From: Spirochaetia bacterium
GTDB lineage: Bacteria > Spirochaetota > Spirochaetia > SZUA-6 > Bin103
Assembly (NCBI GenBank): GCA_965203515.1
Contig: OZ241907.1
Location: 2,112,001 to 2,176,000, forward strand
Length of the DNA stretch: 64,000 nt
Reading direction: 5' to 3'
A model generated the notes under the pieces. That model had not been told where the DNA came from. It was given only the letters and a program-made list of their open reading frames with translations, and ran no database searches. The translations under genes and the position numbers were made by a program. Each line of letters begins with the position of its first letter. Within the stretch, counting starts at the first letter, position 1. Positions 38,693-49,746 of the stretch are shown piece by piece.

Positions 38693-38984
38693 ATGCGGCT
38701 GACAGCGTCATAGCAGACGGCGCGGGCGGCGTCAACCGTGGACGGCGGCTTGGCTGATGCGTCGAGTCTCCCCGGACTGCCGACAGCCGGACTGGACCCG
38801 GAGTTGATGGTCAAGCGGTCGCCGCGCCGTAATCGGAGACGATGCTGACCACCGGCAAGTTGCGCGCGTCGATGACGGATCACGAGTCCGACCGCGTCCG
38901 ACATTTGGAAATGCGGCGCCGCCCTTCCCGCTGGCGCGGGTGGACCGGCTCATGCTATCGTCTGCCGTATGGAGGATTGCCGCC

Positions 38985-39174
38985 ATGACCAGCTCCACGC
39001 CCGCTTCCGGCGCTATCGAGCAGCCCACCGGGACGGTGTCCCTGTGGTCGAAACCGATGCCAAGCCATCCCCCGCATGTACACGGTCGCCGGACTGCGCG
39101 ACTACTTCCGCCGCCGGCCCGACGACGTCTACGTCTCCGGCAACCCGCTCCTCTACTACGACACTGAGTCATGA
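38985..39174 (+). pseudogene. Uma2-family endonuclease 5' fragment (frameshifted, truncated)
   Basis: GGAGG RBS; pieces in different frames IEQPT / DGVPVVETD / LRDYFRRRPDDVYVSGNPLLYY. Confidence 0.55.
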
Positions 39175-40643
39175 TCACTAGCCGCGACCATGACTACCTC
39201 CTCGGTCTCGTCCGTGAGCTGTGCATGCTGCCGCACGAAACCGAATGGGTCGAGTTCAAGGTCGATCATGACCAGCCGGATCGTATCGGTCGATACATCT
39301 CCGCGTTGGCCAACGGGGCGGCGCTCCACGGCAAGGTGAATGCGTACGTGCTCTGGGGGATCGAGAACCATACGCATGCAGTCACGGGTACGGGCTTCTC
39401 GCCGAGCACTGCGAAGAAGGGCAACGAGCCGCTGGAGACGTGGTTGCTGCGGCTCCTGAGTCCTCGCATCGACTTCCGCTTTCACGAAGTCGTGGCTGAT
39501 GGAGCACGGGTCGTGCTCCTGGAGATCGACCGTGCATCTCGGCAGCCGGTCGCATTCAGCGGCGTGGAGTTCATTCGAGTTGGCGGTACCACCGGAAAGC
39601 TCAAAGAATATCCTGAGAAAGAACGGGAACTCTGGCGAATCTTCGACCGCGTGCCCTTCGAGGACGGCGTTGCCGCGGAATGGGTAAGCGATGAGGACGT
39701 TCTGCTCAGGCTCGACTATCCGGCCTATTTCGACCTCCTTGCCGCGCCGCTGCCGGATGGCCGTACCGCCATCCTCGACGCGCTGCGGAGAGACCGGATA
39801 ATCGCTCCCGGTAGGGCAGGCGGATTCGACATCACCAATTTGGGCGCCATCCTGCTCGCCAGGAATCTCGGCGACTTCTCCCGACTGAAACGTAAGAGCC
39901 TGCGCGTGATCGAATACCGCGGCGCGGGCCGCACCGAGACGTTGAAGGAACACGAATGCACCAAGGGCTATGCATCCGGTTTCGAGCAGCTGGTAGACTA
40001 CATCGACGCCAGACTGCCGGCTAAAGAGGAACTGGGGCAGGCGTTACGCCAGTCGGTGCCGGAGTTCCCGGCACCGGCGGTGCGCGAGCTGGTCGGGAAC
40101 GCCCTCATCCATCAGGACTTCTCCGTGACCGGTGCCGGGCCGATGGTCGAAATCTTCGCCGGGCGCATCGAGATCACGAATCCCGGCGAGCCGCTGGTAG
40201 AAACGCGGCGCTTCCTGGACAGTCCGCCCGCTTCCCGCAACGAAGCGCTCACTTCGCTTATGCGCCGCTTTCGGATCTGCGAGGAACGGGGCAGCGGAAT
40301 CGACAAGGTCGTGGCCGAGGTCGAGCGTCACCAACTGCCGGCTCCGCTCTTCGAGGCGCCGCCGAACTTCACCCGCGTCGTGCTCTTCGCCCGCAAGCCG
40401 ATGGCCGACATGGATAGAGCCGAACGGATGCGGGCCTGCTATCTGCACGCCTGCCTGCAATACGTGAATCGCCAGCGTATGACCAACGCCTCGCTGCGGG
40501 AACGATTTGGGATTTCCGAGAACAATGCGTCCATGGCGTCACGGCTCCTCAATGAGGCGGTCACGGCGGGCCTCATCGTGATCGAAGATCCCGCCGTAGG
40601 GACGCGAAACCGCAGTTACGCCCCCTTCTGGGGCGGCTCCTGA
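39171..40643 (+). CDS. AlbA_2 (Schlafen-like) domain plus RecG-associated HATPase and wHTH protein
   Basis: ETEWVEFK, ISALANG, YVLWGI, RELVGNALIHQDF, IEITNPG, CEERGSGIDK, TNASLRERFG. Confidence 0.85.
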   Translation: MITSRDHDYLLGLVRELCMLPHETEWVEFKVDHDQPDRIGRYISALANGAALHGKVNAYVLWGIENHTHAVTGTGFSPSTAKKGNEPLETWLLRLLSPRIDFRFHEVVADGARVVLLEIDRASRQPVAFSGVEFIRVGGTTGKLKEYPEKERELWRIFDRVPFEDGVAAEWVSDEDVLLRLDYPAYFDLLAAPLPDGRTAILDALRRDRIIAPGRAGGFDITNLGAILLARNLGDFSRLKRKSLRVIEYRGAGRTETLKEHECTKGYASGFEQLVDYIDARLPAKEELGQALRQSVPEFPAPAVRELVGNALIHQDFSVTGAGPMVEIFAGRIEITNPGEPLVETRRFLDSPPASRNEALTSLMRRFRICEERGSGIDKVVAEVERHQLPAPLFEAPPNFTRVVLFARKPMADMDRAERMRACYLHACLQYVNRQRMTNASLRERFGISENNASMASRLLNEAVTAGLIVIEDPAVGTRNRSYAPFWGGS

Positions 40644-40681
40644 ACTGGTTGGGCCGGGTTGCCGATTTGCTTCATGGATGC

Positions 40682-40748
40682 TTGACAGATTCCCTTCCGA
40701 CACGTCGCATTGTTCAATAAAGCGTTGTATGAACAACAAATATTTGTT
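40682..40748 (+). promoter_or_regulatory. Candidate promoter/operator for the BMP gene
   Basis: TTGACA at 40682, TGTTCA...TGAACA inverted pair, perfect palindrome AACAAATATTTGTT at 40735-40748 in an AT-rich intergenic patch. Confidence 0.35.
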
Positions 40749-40887
40749 TGACTGTTGCTTGATCGGTACGGTCCGGTTCGACCGGATGACGTCAACCTGG
40801 CATGGTCCGCGGAGAACCGTCACGCCGAGGCCCGCTCCGGCGCCCGGCCACCGGCACCGCAGACGGCTTTCCGGTAGGCTTGCGGTG

Positions 40888-41922
40888 ATGCGCACGATGA
40901 AGATGAGAGCGACGGGGCAGCGCCTCCGCGTCATGCTGGCGGCCGTAGCGGCGGCGGCCCTGCTCGGCGCCGGGCCGGCGGCAGCCGACGACGCGGCCGC
41001 CGGCCCGATCAGGGCGGCGGCGGTCTACACGCAGCCGGTCACGCAGAAGTGGGTCCGCCGCCTGCACGAGGCGCTCAGCGCGGCGCAGCGCCGGGGCGAG
41101 ATCGAGTACGTCTTCTCCGAGCAGGTGGCGAGCGGCGGCGACTACGTCCGCGCGCTGCGCGAGTACGCCGCGAGCGGCGCCGCGCTGATCGTCGGCGAGG
41201 CGTTCGGCATCGGCGCCGAAGCCCGGCAGGTGGCCGACGACCATCCCGGCATCGCCTTCCTGATGGGCGACTCCCGGCCGCCGCACGGCGCCAACTTCGC
41301 GGTGTTCGACAACTACCTCCACGAAGCCTGCTACCTGATGGGCCTCCTGGCCGGTTCGATGACCGCGACCGACCGGATCGGCATGGTCGGCGGCTACCCG
41401 ATCGGCGAGGTGAACCGCCTGTTCCAGGCATTCATGGCCGGCGCGCGCTCGGTCAACCCGCAGGTCGAGTTCAAGGTGACGTTCATCGACTCCTGGTATG
41501 ACCCGCCGCAGGCCAGGGCGGCGGCGCTGGCGCAGGTAGCGGCCGGCGTCGACGTGCTCTACGCGGAGCGCGCCGGGGTGGTGGACGCCGCCCGCGAAAG
41601 CGGCATCATCGCCTTCGGCAGCGTCACCGACATGAACCGGGAGGAGAACGGCCGCGGCGTCGTCGTCACCTCCGCGCTCTGGGACATGAACCCCGCCATC
41701 GGCCACGCCGTTCAGGCGGTCAGAGAGGGCCGCTTCGAAGCTGCCGACTACCGGGAATGGACCATGATGGCGAAGGGCGGCGCCCGCCTGGCTCCGTACT
41801 ACGAGTTCGAGGAGCGCATCCCGGCCGCCGCCAAGGCACTGGTCGAAGAGATCAGGGCCGACATCCTCGCCGGCCGCCGGGTGGTCGAAATCGACGACGC
41901 CGTCCCCGAGTCGACGTACTGA
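40888..41922 (+). CDS. BMP-family ABC transporter substrate-binding protein
   Basis: Signal peptide; YLMGLLAGSMT, IGMVGGYPIGEVNRL, FIDSWYDP; start uncertain. Confidence 0.85.
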   Translation: MRTMKMRATGQRLRVMLAAVAAAALLGAGPAAADDAAAGPIRAAAVYTQPVTQKWVRRLHEALSAAQRRGEIEYVFSEQVASGGDYVRALREYAASGAALIVGEAFGIGAEARQVADDHPGIAFLMGDSRPPHGANFAVFDNYLHEACYLMGLLAGSMTATDRIGMVGGYPIGEVNRLFQAFMAGARSVNPQVEFKVTFIDSWYDPPQARAAALAQVAAGVDVLYAERAGVVDAARESGIIAFGSVTDMNREENGRGVVVTSALWDMNPAIGHAVQAVREGRFEAADYREWTMMAKGGARLAPYYEFEERIPAAAKALVEEIRADILAGRRVVEIDDAVPESTY

Positions 41923-41994
41923 CCGACCGCCCCAGGCCGCGCCGGCGGCGGCCGGCGCAACCCGGACGCCGCATTCCGGTATACGATAGGCCGC

Positions 41995-44973
41995 ATGTCT
42001 GCGATTCCCGAACCACTGCACGCCGCCGGCGAAGCGATCGACGGATTCACCGTCCGCTCCGTCGATCCCGTGCCGGAGGTGCGCGGCCGCGCCTACCGGA
42101 TCGACCACCGGGCGAGCGGCGCCCGCATCCTGCACGTCCATTGCGACGACCCGGAGAACCTGTTCTCGATCAACTTCCCCACGCCGCCGCCGGACGACAC
42201 CGGCGTGCCGCACATCCTGGAGCACGTGGTCCTGGCCGGCTCCAGACGATTCCCGGTCCGCGAGCCGTTCTTCGAGATGCTGAAGATGAGCATGGCCACC
42301 TTCATCAATGCCATGACCGCGCCGGACTGCACCTACTACCCGGTGGCCAGCAACACCCGCAAGGACCTGTTCAACCTGGCGGAGGTCTACTTCGACGCGG
42401 TGTTCCATCCGCTGCTCACCGAGGATTCCTTCAAGCGGGAGGGGCACCACCTGGCCCCCGCCGACCCGAACGACCCGACCGGAGCGCTGTCGGTGACCGG
42501 CATCGTCTACAACGAGATGAAGGGCGCCTACTCCAGCCCCCTCGCCCGGCTGCACCGCGGCGCCATGCGCAAGCTCCTGCCGGACACGATCTACGGCCGC
42601 TCCTCCGGCGGGGAGCCGGAAGCGATTCCCGACCTCACCTACGACGCCTTCCGCCGCTACCACGCCGACCATTACCAGCCCGGCAACGCCTATTTCTTCC
42701 TGTACGGCGACATCCCGACCCAGGACTACCTGGACTTCCTGGCCGAACGGCTTGCCGGCATCACGAGCCGCACGCCGGCCGTCGACCTGGGTCTGCAACC
42801 GCGCTGGTCCGCGCCGCGCCGCTTCGACGACACCTATCCGATCGAGCCGGACGAGCCGACCGACGGCAAGACCTACCTGATGTTGGCCTGGCTGACCGCT
42901 GACTCCACGGACGTCGACGCCGCGATCGAGTGGCACCTGCTCGACACGGTGCTGTTCGGCCATGAGGCGGCCCCGCTCCGCAAGGCGATCATCGACAGCG
43001 GCATCGGCGCCGATCTGGTCTCGTCCGGCGCGTTCCCGCTGGGACGGGAGACCGCCTTCGCCGTGGGGATCAAGGACAGCGAGGCCGACCGCGACGAGCG
43101 GTTCGCCGAGCTGGTGGTGTCCGCGCTCGGTGACATCGCGGCGCGCGGGGTGACCGCCGAGGAAGTCGACACCGCCCTGCAGCAGGCCGCCTACGATTAC
43201 CGGGAGATCCAGCCCATGCATCCGCTGCACACGCTGGACCGGGTCCTGGACGCCTGGATCTACGGCATGGACCCGCTCACCTTCCTGCGGCTGGGTGAGC
43301 ACCTGGAGGCGTGCCGGCAGCGATACCGGGACGATCCGAAGCTGTTCGACCGGCTGATCCGCGAGCGGCTGCTGGACAATCCGCACCGCCTGAGCATCTG
43401 CCTGCGTCCCGACCCGCAGATGCAGAAACGCACCGACGCCGCCTTCACGGAGCGGATGCGATCGCTGCGCGAGCGCCTGTCCGATGCCGACGCCGAACGG
43501 ATCGCCGAACGGGCCGCGGCGCTGCAGCGCAGCAACAGCCGGCCCAACAGCCCGGAGGCGCTCGCGCGACTGCCGCAGCTTTCGGTCGGCGACCTGCCGG
43601 ACGAGATCACGCATATCGACACGGCCGTGAGCCGCCTCGACGGGGTGGAGCTGTTGCGCAACGACGTGTTCGCCAACGGCGTCAATTACCTGGCCCTGTC
43701 GTTCGATCTGGCCGGCCTGCCGGCGGAGCTGTGGCCCGTCGTGCCGCGCTACACGACCGCGCTCCGCAAACTCGGCGCCGCCGGCCGGGACTATGCCGAG
43801 ATCGCTCGGCGCATGGCGGCCGCCACCGGCGGCATCGGCGCCGCGGTCGGGATCGGCTGCCACGCCGACGGCCTCGACCGGCCGGTGTGGCGGCTGACGG
43901 TCCGGCTCAAGGCGTTGGACGAGCAGATGGAGCCGGCGCTGGCGCTGCTGCGCGATCTGCTGTTCCAGGTCGACCCGCGCGATCGGGACCGGCTGCGCGA
44001 GGTGCTCATCCAGACGCGCTCGCGCTACCGCACCCAGATGGTGCACCAGGGCTTGCACACCGCGCAGACCCACGCCGCCCGCGGCATGAGCGAAGGCGGC
44101 TTCCTCAACGACGTGCTGGGCGGCCTGCCGCAGCTCCACCAGAGCGAACGGCTCGCCGGCTCCTTCGACCGGCACGCCGACGCGCTGATGGATCGGATCG
44201 AATCGATCCGGGACTTCCTGCTCAACCGCTGCCGTCTGGTGGTGAGCTTCACCGGCAGCGACGCGGCCGCCGACGTCACCGCGGCCGCGCTCGGTCACTG
44301 GATACGGACGATGCCGGCCGAGCCGGTGGTCCCCGCCGCCACCGGCTACCAGCCGCTGCCGCCGGCCCATGCCGGGCTGGCCGGGCCGATTCAGGTCGCG
44401 CATTGCGCCAAGGTGATCCCCGCTCCGCACGCCTCCGATCCGGTCGAGGCGCCGTTGCGCGTGGGGGCTCACCTGATCCGCATGGACTACCTGCTGCCCG
44501 AGGTCCGCTTCAAGGGCAACGCGTACGGCGCCCACTTCTCCTACGACTCGCGGGCGGCGCGCGCCTCCTTCGGCTCCTACCGCGACCCGCACGTCGCGCG
44601 GACGCTCGACGTGTTCGACGCCGCGGCGCGCTACGTGGCCGACGCCGCCTGGAGCCGACTCGACATCGACCGCGCCATCATCGCCACCGCCAAGGCCGAC
44701 TTCCGTCCGGTCCGGCCGGGCGAGGCGACCGGCAGCGCGTTGCAACGCCACCTGAGCGGCATCACCCCGGACCTGCGCCGACAACGCTACGAGCGGCTGC
44801 GCCGGGTCACGCCGCAGCAGGTGAAGGAGGCGTTGGCGGCGCTGCTGGAGCCCTCCGAGCAGGCGTCGGTCTGCGTGGTCGCAAGCCGCCAGAAGCTGGA
44901 GGCGGCCAACCGGGAGCTGGCGCAGCCGCTGGCGGTACAGGACATCCTGGGCGGAAGCGATGGCGACGGGTGA
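41995..44973 (+). CDS. M16C insulinase/presequence-protease-like metallopeptidase
   Basis: TGVPHILEHVVLAGS (HxxEH), TFINAMT, GIVYNEMKG, VRFKGNAYG, SYRDP. Confidence 0.92.
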   Translation: MSAIPEPLHAAGEAIDGFTVRSVDPVPEVRGRAYRIDHRASGARILHVHCDDPENLFSINFPTPPPDDTGVPHILEHVVLAGSRRFPVREPFFEMLKMSMATFINAMTAPDCTYYPVASNTRKDLFNLAEVYFDAVFHPLLTEDSFKREGHHLAPADPNDPTGALSVTGIVYNEMKGAYSSPLARLHRGAMRKLLPDTIYGRSSGGEPEAIPDLTYDAFRRYHADHYQPGNAYFFLYGDIPTQDYLDFLAERLAGITSRTPAVDLGLQPRWSAPRRFDDTYPIEPDEPTDGKTYLMLAWLTADSTDVDAAIEWHLLDTVLFGHEAAPLRKAIIDSGIGADLVSSGAFPLGRETAFAVGIKDSEADRDERFAELVVSALGDIAARGVTAEEVDTALQQAAYDYREIQPMHPLHTLDRVLDAWIYGMDPLTFLRLGEHLEACRQRYRDDPKLFDRLIRERLLDNPHRLSICLRPDPQMQKRTDAAFTERMRSLRERLSDADAERIAERAAALQRSNSRPNSPEALARLPQLSVGDLPDEITHIDTAVSRLDGVELLRNDVFANGVNYLALSFDLAGLPAELWPVVPRYTTALRKLGAAGRDYAEIARRMAAATGGIGAAVGIGCHADGLDRPVWRLTVRLKALDEQMEPALALLRDLLFQVDPRDRDRLREVLIQTRSRYRTQMVHQGLHTAQTHAARGMSEGGFLNDVLGGLPQLHQSERLAGSFDRHADALMDRIESIRDFLLNRCRLVVSFTGSDAAADVTAAALGHWIRTMPAEPVVPAATGYQPLPPAHAGLAGPIQVAHCAKVIPAPHASDPVEAPLRVGAHLIRMDYLLPEVRFKGNAYGAHFSYDSRAARASFGSYRDPHVARTLDVFDAAARYVADAAWSRLDIDRAIIATAKADFRPVRPGEATGSALQRHLSGITPDLRRQRYERLRRVTPQQVKEALAALLEPSEQASVCVVASRQKLEAANRELAQPLAVQDILGGSDGDG

Positions 44974-44994
44974 CGCCGCCGCCGGCAGGGGACG

Positions 44995-46413
44995 CTAGCC
45001 GGCCGTACCCTGATCGGCGGCGCCGGCTCGCGGGGCCAGCCACGTAAGGCGGCCGCCGCGGCCCAGGCGCTGCACCAGCACCGCCAGTTCCAGCAGGTGG
45101 TAGTCGCCCCACATGCACGCCTCGCCGGCGGGCACGGCGCTGCCGGCCGGCACGTGATCCCAGCCGTTGGGGCGGTGGTACACGGTGTGCAGCAGCAGCC
45201 CCTGGTGGCTGGCTTCCTCCGCCAGGTACGGCGCCCCGAACAGCGTACGGGCCGCGGTCAGGCCGGCCTGCGAGTAGCGCTGCGCCGCTGCCTCGTCGCC
45301 GCCGGCCAGCGCCGCGCCCAGCCGCAGCAGCCCCTGCGCGGCGATGGCCGCCGCGGACGCGTCGACCGGTTCGGCCGGATTGTCCGGTTCGGCCGGCCGG
45401 CTGCGCCAATCGCCGAGCAGCGCCAGCCCCGGCGCCCCCGTGTCCCAGTACGGAATTCCGTCGCTCGCCGTGTTGGCGATCATGAAGTCGGCGGTCACCC
45501 GCGCCGCCTGCAGCAGCCGCTCGCGGGCGGCCCGGACCGACTCCATCGACGGAACGGCCAGCTCGGCGACCTCGTCCGGGTCGCACCACGCCAGCAGTTC
45601 CACCAGCTCGGCGTAGCCGAGCACGGCCCAGGCCAGCCCGCGGGTCCAGGTGGAGAACGGCGAGTAGCCCTGCTGGGTGCTCGGACAGCGATAGCTGCCG
45701 TCGTTGACGTTGAAGATCGACTCGTGCGCGACGCGGCCGGCGACGTCGTAGGCGTCGCGGTCCGCTCCAAAGTAGACGTTGTAGCGCGCCGTGGTCTCGG
45801 CGTGCCGGAGGGCGCGGCCGAGCAGCGAGATGCGGCGGTCGCGCTCGCCCATCAGGACGTGGCCCAGGTCGTGGGCGGCGGCCAGCACGCGCATCGAGCG
45901 AATGGTGTCGATGAACAGCGAGTGCGGCCCGTTGAACGAATAGACGTAGCCGAGCTCGCCGGGGAGCGCGGTCCAGCGCGCCGCCTGCACGGCGCCGGAG
46001 ACGCTGATCGCAAGGCGGCAGGTCTCCACGTCGCCCTCGCCTGCCCGCCACCGCCCCTCCCGGGCCAGACGGAGCAGGTTGCCGTAGGTGCTCATGGTGT
46101 TGAAGCCGTGGTCGTGCACGCCGACGTGGCTCAGGTGCGGCGCCATGCGCTCCATGGTCTGCCGCCTGCCCAGGTCGAGCAGTTCCTCGTCTCCGCCGCC
46201 GTCGAAGGCGAGCAGCGCGCAGCCGTACCGGAAGCCCTCCGTCCACTCGGTCCAGCCGCGTTGCGTGTAGCGGCCGGCGACCGTGTAGACCGGCGCGCCG
46301 CGGCTCCGGTCCCAGGCCGCCTCGAGGTCGCGCACCTTGCCGGCCGCGACCGCGAACACCCGGCTCGCCGCGCCGGCCAGGTCCGCGGCGTTCACCTTCA
46401 CGTCGACCTGCAT
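44995..46413 (-). CDS. Glycoside hydrolase family 88-like protein
   Basis: WTEWTEGF, HDHGFN, SLFIDT, STQQGYSPFSTWTRGLAW, PYWD, WGDYH. Confidence 0.8.
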   Translation of the reverse strand: MQVDVKVNAADLAGAASRVFAVAAGKVRDLEAAWDRSRGAPVYTVAGRYTQRGWTEWTEGFRYGCALLAFDGGGDEELLDLGRRQTMERMAPHLSHVGVHDHGFNTMSTYGNLLRLAREGRWRAGEGDVETCRLAISVSGAVQAARWTALPGELGYVYSFNGPHSLFIDTIRSMRVLAAAHDLGHVLMGERDRRISLLGRALRHAETTARYNVYFGADRDAYDVAGRVAHESIFNVNDGSYRCPSTQQGYSPFSTWTRGLAWAVLGYAELVELLAWCDPDEVAELAVPSMESVRAARERLLQAARVTADFMIANTASDGIPYWDTGAPGLALLGDWRSRPAEPDNPAEPVDASAAAIAAQGLLRLGAALAGGDEAAAQRYSQAGLTAARTLFGAPYLAEEASHQGLLLHTVYHRPNGWDHVPAGSAVPAGEACMWGDYHLLELAVLVQRLGRGGRLTWLAPRAGAADQGTAG

Positions 46414-46446
46414 GGTTCCTCCTGCCCTGCTCGGGCTCGATTGCGT

Positions 46447-47271
46447 TTACAGGCGCTTCAGGCGGAAGCCGCCGTCGACGTCGATGACCGTGCCCTGCGA
46501 GAAGGGGAACGCCCCGGACAGGAGCGCCGCCACCGCCGATCCCACGTCCTCCGGCGTTCCCCAGCGCCGCTGCGGCACCAGGCCGTCGGCGATGAGCGCG
46601 TCGTACTTGGCGGTCACCGCCGCGGTCATGTCGGTGCGCATGATGCCGGGCCGCACCTCGTAGACCGCTATGTCTTCCGCCGCGAGCCGCGCCGCCCACA
46701 GTTCGCGAGACATCGACAGCCCCGCCTTGGAGATGCAGTACTCGCCGCGCGTGTCGGAGGCGTACTCGGCCGAGATCGACGTCACGAACACCACGCTCCG
46801 CGGCCGCCGCGGGCGCGCGTCCCCGGTCAGCCAGCGGCGGGCCACCGCCTGCGTCAGGAAGTGCGGGCCGGACAGGTTGACGCGCAACACCTCGTCGAAC
46901 GATTCCTCGGTGGCGTCGATCAGATCGTCGCGCCGCCGCGGCGCGATGCCGGCATTGTTGACCAGCGCGTCGAGCGCGCCGAACTCGGCGTGTACCTCGT
47001 CGAGCAGCCGCTGCCGATCGGCCGCGCTCGCCACGTCGGCGCGATGGGCGGTAAACCGCTGCCCGACCGGTGAGCCGGCCGCCATCCGTTCCTCCGCCTT
47101 CCGGCAGCAGACCTCCAGCGTCCGCCGAGCCGCCGCCTCGTCGCTGCGGTAGCAGATCGCCACGGAGCAGCCGGCGTCGGCCAGCGCTACCGCCACGCCG
47201 CGGCCAAGGCCCCGGCTGCCGCCCGTGATCAGCACGGCCGGGACCAGCACGGCCGGGACCTGATCGATCAT
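46447..47271 (-). CDS. Short-chain dehydrogenase/reductase
   Basis: TGGSRGLG, NNAGI, YCISK; 15-bp tandem duplication at the N-terminus (VPAVL x2). Confidence 0.9.
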   Translation of the reverse strand: MIDQVPAVLVPAVLITGGSRGLGRGVAVALADAGCSVAICYRSDEAAARRTLEVCCRKAEERMAAGSPVGQRFTAHRADVASAADRQRLLDEVHAEFGALDALVNNAGIAPRRRDDLIDATEESFDEVLRVNLSGPHFLTQAVARRWLTGDARPRRPRSVVFVTSISAEYASDTRGEYCISKAGLSMSRELWAARLAAEDIAVYEVRPGIMRTDMTAAVTAKYDALIADGLVPQRRWGTPEDVGSAVAALLSGAFPFSQGTVIDVDGGFRLKRL

Positions 47272-48110
47272 GGCGACGGGCGGCCGGCCGCCGGCTCGCC
47301 TGCCGAGCGGAGGACGGGCCGGTCCAGGCGCGAATGATACGGCGGTTCCAGCACCAGCCGTTGCTCGGGACTCATCAGCGCCAGCATCTCCGCCGGCCAG
47401 GCATGGGGCACGTAGGCGAGGTTGCCGGGCGAAAAGCGGAACAGGGCCGTGCGGCGCTGGTGGTCGGCGGTCCACGGCAGCGTGCCGTGCGTGACCGCCT
47501 CGGTGAAGATCACGCAATCGCCGGCCTTGCAGGTGATCTGCTTCACGAACTCCCGGTACGACTCGCCCCGGCGCAGCGCGGCCGGGCACGGAAAGTTGCC
47601 CTTGTGGCTGCCGGGCACCAGGCAGAGGCCGCCGTCGCCGGGGTTGACGTCGGCGAGCTGGTAGGCGGCGACCGTGAGGCCGTTGTGCATCCGGCCGTCT
47701 CTGCAGACGTAGTACTGGTGACGGTCGAAGCCGGGACCCGACGAGCCGTGCAGCACGTGGCCTTCGGCGCCGCGCCGCATGGTGATGACCGCCAGGTCGT
47801 GATCCAGGCGGAATCCGGGGCCGAGCAGTTCGTGCAGACAGGGCACGACCCTTCGATTCACCAGCATGTCCCGGAACGGGCGGCCGTACGGCTCTTCCCA
47901 GCGCAGCGCCCCGCCCAGGTCGCCGCGGCCGGTGCTGCCCTGCAGCGCCGGCGAGCCGCCGGCGAGGGAGTCTTCCCCGACCCGCTCGCGTATCTGTCCG
48001 GCATGCCGATCGATGGCGGCGTTGGCCAGGGCGACGTCCTCGGCCGAAAGCGCGTTGCGGACGACGATATAGCCGTTGATGTCGAACAGATACTTCTGAT
48101 CTTCGGTCAT
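47268..48110 (-). CDS. Phytanoyl-CoA dioxygenase (PhyH) family protein
   Basis: [43 protein letters not shown]. Confidence 0.85.
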   Translation of the reverse strand: MTEDQKYLFDINGYIVVRNALSAEDVALANAAIDRHAGQIRERVGEDSLAGGSPALQGSTGRGDLGGALRWEEPYGRPFRDMLVNRRVVPCLHELLGPGFRLDHDLAVITMRRGAEGHVLHGSSGPGFDRHQYYVCRDGRMHNGLTVAAYQLADVNPGDGGLCLVPGSHKGNFPCPAALRRGESYREFVKQITCKAGDCVIFTEAVTHGTLPWTADHQRRTALFRFSPGNLAYVPHAWPAEMLALMSPEQRLVLEPPYHSRLDRPVLRSAGEPAAGRPSP

Positions 48111-48216
48111 GGTGGGGCCTGCCGCCAAAGGATGCCGCAGCGCCGACGCGTCCGCAAGCATCGACCGTGCGGGGGCGCCGTTGCGACGATCGGCCGATCA
48201 TGGTCAGAGTGAGCGC

Positions 48217-49662
48217 GTGGCTTCCTCCTACCGTCGCGTCGCTTCGCTGAAGTCGGCCGATCGATTCGCCGAGCACCTGCACCGACTCGGCATCGCCGAG
48301 CGGCTCCCCTTCGCCGCCGGCGATACCGCCGGACCGCTGTCTGCGCCGCTGACGCTGCCGGACGGCCGGATCGCAGGCAACCGCTTCTGCGTGCAGCCGA
48401 TGGAAGGGTGGGACGGCACCGCCGACGGGCGGCCCTCGGCCCTGGTCGAGCGGCGCTGGCGCGCCTTCGGCCGCTCCGGCGCCAAACTCGTCTGGGGATG
48501 CGAGGCGGTGGCCGTCGAGCACGCCGGGCGCGCCAACCCCAACCAGCTCCGCATCGGCGAGGACACGATCGACGGCTTGGCGGCGCTGCGCGGCGTGCTG
48601 GTCGGCGAGCATCGGGAGCGCTACGGCGCCGACGACGATCTGCTGGTCGGCCTGCAGCTCACCCACTCCGGGCGGTTCTGCCGGCCGACCGACCAGGCGC
48701 GCGCCGAGCCGTGGATCCCGGCGCGCCATCCGGTCCTGGACCGGCGCTTCGGCATCGCCGCCGATCATCCCGTGGCCGCCGACGCGGAGATCGAGGCGCT
48801 GGTGGAGCGCTTCATCGCGTCCGGCGTGCTGGCCCGGCAGGCCGGCTTCGACTTCGTGGACGTCAAGCATTGTCACGGCTACTTCGCGCACGAGCTGCTG
48901 GGCTGCCGCGACCGGCCGGGGCGGTTCGGCGGCGACCTGAAAAACCGCACCCGGTTCCTGCGCGAGGTGGCGGCCGGCCTCCGCCGCCGCGCTCCGGGGC
49001 TGCTGATCGGCGTGCGGCTCAGCGCCTTCGACGCCGTTCCCTTCCAGCCTTCAGGCGACGAGGGGACCGGCGAGCCGACGCCGGTGGCGCTGCCGTACCG
49101 TTCGGGATTCGGCGTCTCTCCGGACGATCCGACCGCCGTGGACCTCACCGAGACCTGCGCGTTCCTGGAGCTGCTGCAGCGGCTCGACATACCGCTGGTC
49201 AACATCACCGCCGGCAGCCCCTACTACACGCCTCATCTGCAGCGCCCGGCGCTGTTCCCGCCGTCCGACGGCTACCGGCCGCCCGAGGATCCGCTGGTCG
49301 GCGTGGCGCGGCAGATCGACGTCGTGCGCGAGCTGAAGCGGCGCTTCCCTGGCCTGATCTTCGTCGGTTCGGCGTACAGCTATCTGCAGGAATGGCTGCC
49401 GGCCGTGGCCGCCGAGGTGGTGCGCCGCGGGCATGCCGACGCGGTCGGACTGGGCCGCATGATGCTCTCCTATCCCGATCTGCCGCACGACGTGTTGAAC
49501 GGCCTGCCGCTCGCCCGCAAGCGCATCTGCCGCACGTTCAGCGACTGCACGACCGCTCCCCGCAAGGGCCTGATCTCCGGCTGCTTCCCCCTCGACCCGT
49601 TCTACCGCGACCGCCCCGAAGCGCAGCGCCTGCAGGAGCTCAAGTCCGCTTCCGCATCGTAG
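48217..49662 (+). CDS. NADH:flavin oxidoreductase (Old Yellow Enzyme family)
   Basis: [51 protein letters not shown]. Confidence 0.88.
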   Translation: MASSYRRVASLKSADRFAEHLHRLGIAERLPFAAGDTAGPLSAPLTLPDGRIAGNRFCVQPMEGWDGTADGRPSALVERRWRAFGRSGAKLVWGCEAVAVEHAGRANPNQLRIGEDTIDGLAALRGVLVGEHRERYGADDDLLVGLQLTHSGRFCRPTDQARAEPWIPARHPVLDRRFGIAADHPVAADAEIEALVERFIASGVLARQAGFDFVDVKHCHGYFAHELLGCRDRPGRFGGDLKNRTRFLREVAAGLRRRAPGLLIGVRLSAFDAVPFQPSGDEGTGEPTPVALPYRSGFGVSPDDPTAVDLTETCAFLELLQRLDIPLVNITAGSPYYTPHLQRPALFPPSDGYRPPEDPLVGVARQIDVVRELKRRFPGLIFVGSAYSYLQEWLPAVAAEVVRRGHADAVGLGRMMLSYPDLPHDVLNGLPLARKRICRTFSDCTTAPRKGLISGCFPLDPFYRDRPEAQRLQELKSASAS

Positions 49663-49746
49663 TTGACCCGACGATCGATTGATACTACTTGTAAAGGAGG
49701 AGAATGAAGTGAACTGACCGACGACTCGACGGCACTTTATGGAGGT

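Noticed and set aside
40792..44784. Very long antisense or alternate-frame ORFs (e.g. 1330 aa here, 25381-27381, 59137-62082)
   Set aside because: Shadow ORFs from high-GC codon bias overlapping well-supported genes
49693..49712. Strong RBS followed by ATG-AAG-TGA upstream of hicB
   Set aside because: Could be a relic of a deleted hicA or a mini-ORF; not enough sequence to support either
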